This document shows, piece after piece, positions 60,183-64,000 of a DNA stretch of 64,000 nt. Within the stretch, counting starts at the first letter, position 1, and the number at the start of each line of letters is the position of its first letter. Source of the stretch: Vulcanimicrobiota bacterium (GTDB lineage Bacteria; Vulcanimicrobiota; Vulcanimicrobiia; Vulcanimicrobiales; Vulcanimicrobiaceae); the NCBI GenBank assembly GCA_963733295.1, contig CAVTCS010000003.1, positions 32,001 to 96,000 of the forward strand, given 5' to 3'. Below the pieces are notes generated by a model. The model had not been told where the DNA came from. It worked only from the letters and a program-made list of their open reading frames with translations, and searched no databases. Position numbers and translations under genes: made by a program.

Positions 60183-62951
60183 CTAGGTTGGACTATTTGC
60201 GGCGCCGCGTCTACGCGGTAGGACAGCGACTCGGGCTCGCGGTAAGACCGTCGCAAGACGGACGGATGTGTCACCGTAGGGACGCGCTACGATGCGATAC
60301 TCGAAAGAGATCGTGCTGTGCCGCTCATCAATTCCCGAACCACGAAGCCGTTTGCTGAGCGCTCCGCCACGAAGAGTCCATGGCAGTCGCCTGTAGGAGT
60401 GATGAACACCAAGTATGATCTACTGCTATCGATCGTCGACGCGAACGAACGATCAAGAGAAACCTCGCTTGACCATTGACAACTGCGCTTCCCCAAAGTC
60501 TTCCATCATTGGACTACTCTCGCGCGCGTGATACGTCCGCAGTGCAGGAGCGTTCGCACTCTGCGCACAGCGGGACAGAGGTCGATATCGGCGTAGCAGT
60601 CGCTGTTCGGATTCGTTTCGGGAAAGTTAACGCGATTTTGATAGACCAACCCGTAGACATATAAATCGCCACTGACTTGTACGTCGCTGCGGAAATTTTC
60701 AGTACGCTTGAGTACACGTAAGTGTTGAGTTTAGTGTGTTAAGCGACTGGTAGACGATTCGGCAGGTAGATTGATATACGATGCAACGGGTAGCTGGCGG
60801 CTTTTGGTTTGCGCGTACGAAGCGCTCAGGATGCGCGGTGTAGGCAGCGTAGAGAATGCTTGCGCGCTCAGAGAGCGACGGCGCGGCGAAGTGAACGTCA
60901 GCTGGAGCGAGAAGCGCGAGCGCGCTGTGGCGATGTTGCGTGTTATACATTAGACGAACGCGCGGCAGAACGCTAGTGCTCTGCGATATTGGAAAACGTC
61001 GCGGGAAATTACGGCTGGTACTTGGCAGTTTTGAAGAACGATTAGATGTGCGGGTTGTCATCGGAAACATGCGGGCGGGAATGGCTCTTGGTTACACGAG
61101 ATCGGCGAGCAAGAACGCGACTGGTTTAGAAGTCATCGAGCTACGCGATCTGCATGTACGGTGAGCTTCTTGGGATCTACGCATTCTTCTTGATCGTTTC
61201 GGAGAGCAACATGCGTGCAACGCGGAGCTCTCACGATCGGCGACATCCAGCGACGACGTAGCGACTATAGATGTAGACGATGACGTAGAGGTAAAAATAC
61301 GTCACTTCTGCGGACATGCAATTTGGTGATATCCAGGCAAAAACCTCGCGCGGCGCGGTTGCGCACAATTCCGGCTTCACGTGCGCAGGACGCGTGGCTT
61401 GATCGCGTCGCTCGCGACTTCCCGGAGCGGTGAAGAACAGATACATCGTGGACAGCGAGCAATGATAGACGCTTCGTCAAGAGCGTGCGTAAATATAGGG
61501 CACGCTGCGATAGATGAATCGATGCTGGTGAACGCGTCAAGACGTTCGTTCTCTCGGGTGTCAGAGCTAACGATGATCCGCGCGGGCGCGTTTCTCGCGT
61601 CGTTCAGTGCGCTCGACCAGCGTTCTTGATAACGCGCTGCTGTCGAGAAGAGCGCGGCACGAGTTGGTGACGTCGTGAAAGCTCGCGCGGGAATGCCATC
61701 TGCTCGCACGCTTGGCGTTCGCAACCTCAACGGCAAGATTCACTACGACTTGTTCACGGCGGCAATCCATCTGATCCGCGCTCTCGCGACTACAGCACGC
61801 AAGAGCGCGTAGGCTTTTGGACAGCGATAATCGTTCCGCTTTAGCTAAGCGTAGCTGCAGACGCTCGTTTCTTTGCGCAGCGCGTGTTCTCAACAGCGTT
61901 GGGATCGGGCTTACGACGCGTTTCGCTCCAGCGGCGCGCGCAGCGAGCTGCTTTCGCAACCAGCGATATGCGATGAATAAATCCGTTCGCGGCGGCAAAG
62001 TGCGCTCGCCACGGAGGACGCTTGCTCATACTCTTCGAGAATCCGCGCTTATCAGCTGCGGAGAATCGGCGGCGCGAAGCTTGGCTGGTACTCGGGATCC
62101 GAAATCGTGCCTTGGATTGCATGCGTGAAACCTTACGCCTCAGTAATTAAGTCGGGTAGGTGGTCTCACGCTATACTGAAACAGAGGGCTGCGCTACTGC
62201 AGCATCGCGCTCGCGTCTGCAGTGCGGCTTGGACAATAAACGTCTCCTCCGCACCAGCGTTGTAGCGCAATGAGGTCCGTCAGCGATGCCTCGGACGCAG
62301 AAAGTGCGGGTGCGACGCGCTCCTGAACGGCCTGCGAATATGCGGCCTCTCCTGTTGAGACGCAAGAGTCGCCTGACCGCCGTGGAGGCTTGCGAAGCGA
62401 AATAGCCTCCGTTTCCAGCGTACCTGTCGCGAGACCTAGACTCCCGCTCCGGTCGCAGTGCTACGATGACGCATATCCTGCGCCGAGGTCGACTGACCAC
62501 GCGCGATGCCGGGAAGTAGTGTTGAGGCCGTAGATAGACGCATACGACGCGGTGCGTTCAGTCCGTAAATGCCATTGCCGTTTTGCGAAAATCCGTAGGT
62601 GCCGGCGACATTTCCAGTACCTGAAATCGTAGCGCTAGAGTAACCACGACGCCGACTGAGTTAATGCCGACAACGTATCCGGTGACGCCGTTCATTCCAG
62701 TGCCATAGAATTTGAGGCGTAGCCATACACGGCGTCCGCCGCACTTGTGTTTGTGGTACTACCTTGATCGCGTACGTATCGGAGCTGTCCGTAACGAGGA
62801 ATGGTCCGGTCGTGGATGTTGCGGCGCGACCTCCGAATGGGAGGTGTTGGCGCCCGTTTGTTGCGAGCGCTGGACCAATCACGGCAAACGCTAGTACTCC
62901 CAGTCCGACTAAGAGCGCCGGAAATAGGAGGGCCTGGTAAATCCTGCGCAT
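60183..62951 (-). pseudogene. Exported Gly-rich repeat protein with conserved C-terminal domain, split by an IS3 element and frameshifted
   Basis: 5' part MRRIYQALLFPALLVGLG (RBS GAGGAG); 3' part DVQVSGDLYVYG...SPMMEDFGEAQL...LDRSFASTID...YLVFITPTGDCHGLFV...GFVVREL...YRIVARPYG. Confidence 0.65.
60690..62188 (-). mobile_element. Degenerate IS3-family element
   Basis: Fragments RERRDQ...KPELCATAP, WDITKL, YLYVIV-x-IYSRYVV, YNTQHRHS, YTAHPERFV; imperfect IRs TTTCAGTACGCTTGAG / CTCACGCTATACTGAAA; flanking GCTGCG direct repeat. Confidence 0.8.
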
Positions 62952-63127
62952 GGCAAGCTCCTCGGTAAGCAGTAAGGCAGATGCTATCAAGTTCAGCTAG
63001 TACCGCATACGGTCGCTTTGCTGCTCGCCTACGACGAACTACCTAAGGACGCTATGACTTCGGAGCAGATTCTTGGGCGGAGCAGCGTTTAAGTGCTCGA
63101 GGAATTCGGGTTTGGGATAGTGTCCGT

Positions 63128-64000
63128 TGGAGTTGCCCATCAAGCCGGACACGCAACGGGTGATGAATTGGCTCCGATGAATTCCCGTGGGGAAAGCGTC
63201 GAAGCGCCTTGTGCGGCGCATTGTCGTTGTAATCTTCAAACCAGGAATTGATGTTCGCGAGAACCGTTGAGCATGGGACAGGGATTGCAGCGAACATAGT
63301 CACGCTTGAACGTCTTTACGAACGCCTCGGCATGCCGTTCGATTCGGGACTGCGGACGGGGGTGAAGCATGTGCGAAGGGCAAGCTGTTGAGCGAACGAG
63401 CGCGTTTCTTGGCCCGGTAGTTGCTGCCGTTGTCCGTGAGCATTCGATCGCATGCGGAACCTTGTAAGCGCAAAGCGACGCTCGACCGCCAGCAACATGA
63501 CGTCGCGAACGATTTCGCCGGAGAAACCTCCGTGCCGGCACCCAGCGATGGCTTCCCGATCGCACGTATCGAGCGCGAAGGTGACGCGAACGACCTCTGC
63601 GTTCCAACAGCGAATCTCGAAACCGTCCGAACACCAGCGCGTGTTCGATCGAAGCGTTTGCACCACGCCATCGTGAGCACGATCGATCCGCTCACCGGTG
63701 CACTTTTGCAGCAGCAGCCCCTGCCCACGCATGAGCCGGAAAATACGCTTGTGGTTGACACCGGCTCTCCAGCCTTGCGTAATCGGCGGTTGAGCCGGGC
63801 GGTAATGCGACGATAACCGTATGCAGGACGTTCGCCGATCAACTCAAGGACGAGTGGCACCAAACGTTGATCGTCGGCCTTCATGTAGGTGCCACGAGAC
63901 TTGTGTTCCGCATTATCAAGGCGCTCGATAAGGCTCGAGCGGGCGATCTCAAAGGTCTCGGCCACCGTCTTCACGGCGAATCGTCCGGTGGCAGCGACGG
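63128..64000 (-). mobile_element. Degenerate IS3-family element (IS2 group), partial
   Basis: YGYRRITA, SNTRWCSDGFEI, FALDTCDREAI, TDNGS, VRSPESNGM, AEAFVKTFKRDY, WFEDYN; IS2-like end TGGAGTTGCCC...CCGGACA at 63128. Confidence 0.88.

Noticed and set aside
56400..64000. Intact prophage or defence island
   Set aside because: Only a doubtful terminase fragment; no integrase, capsid, portal or recognisable defence genes.

Overview
GC-rich bacterial chromosomal window. The red-like (probably form IE) RuBisCO cbbR/cbbLSX locus, expanded cyclase-STAND-TPR paralogs, a TonB-dependent receptor (diderm) and many small exported proteins suggest Ca. Eremiobacterota/Vulcanimicrobiota (inference only). Most of 0.6-45 kb is metabolic and regulatory: serine hydrolase, phospholipase C, ArsR-SRPBCC-DUF899 operon, two adenylate cyclase-ATPase-TPR genes, diheme cytochrome c, S53 peptidase, cbb genes, an ECF42/DGPF locus with two visible target promoters, an Lhr helicase and an aminotransferase/2-hydroxyacid oxidoreductase cluster. 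Best candidate for a new system (45.3-49.6 kb): a 64-aa Nif11-like peptide ending in GYGG, a putative ABBA-type prenyltransferase, a translationally coupled 7TMR-DISM receptor adenylate cyclase and a convergent monodomain class II terpene cyclase. This may be an isoprenoid-modified RiPP pathway with its own cAMP-producing receptor. Second highlight, absent from the ORF track: a gp19-type phage/eCIS tail-tube homolog with a Sec signal peptide and a shortened assembly hairpin at the left edge. The last 7.5 kb is a degraded, IS3-rich stretch. Its indel density (and that of a patch at 30.1-30.8 kb) may partly be sequencing error. No rRNA, tRNA or CRISPR array was recognised. All family calls are from motif recognition by eye, not database searches.
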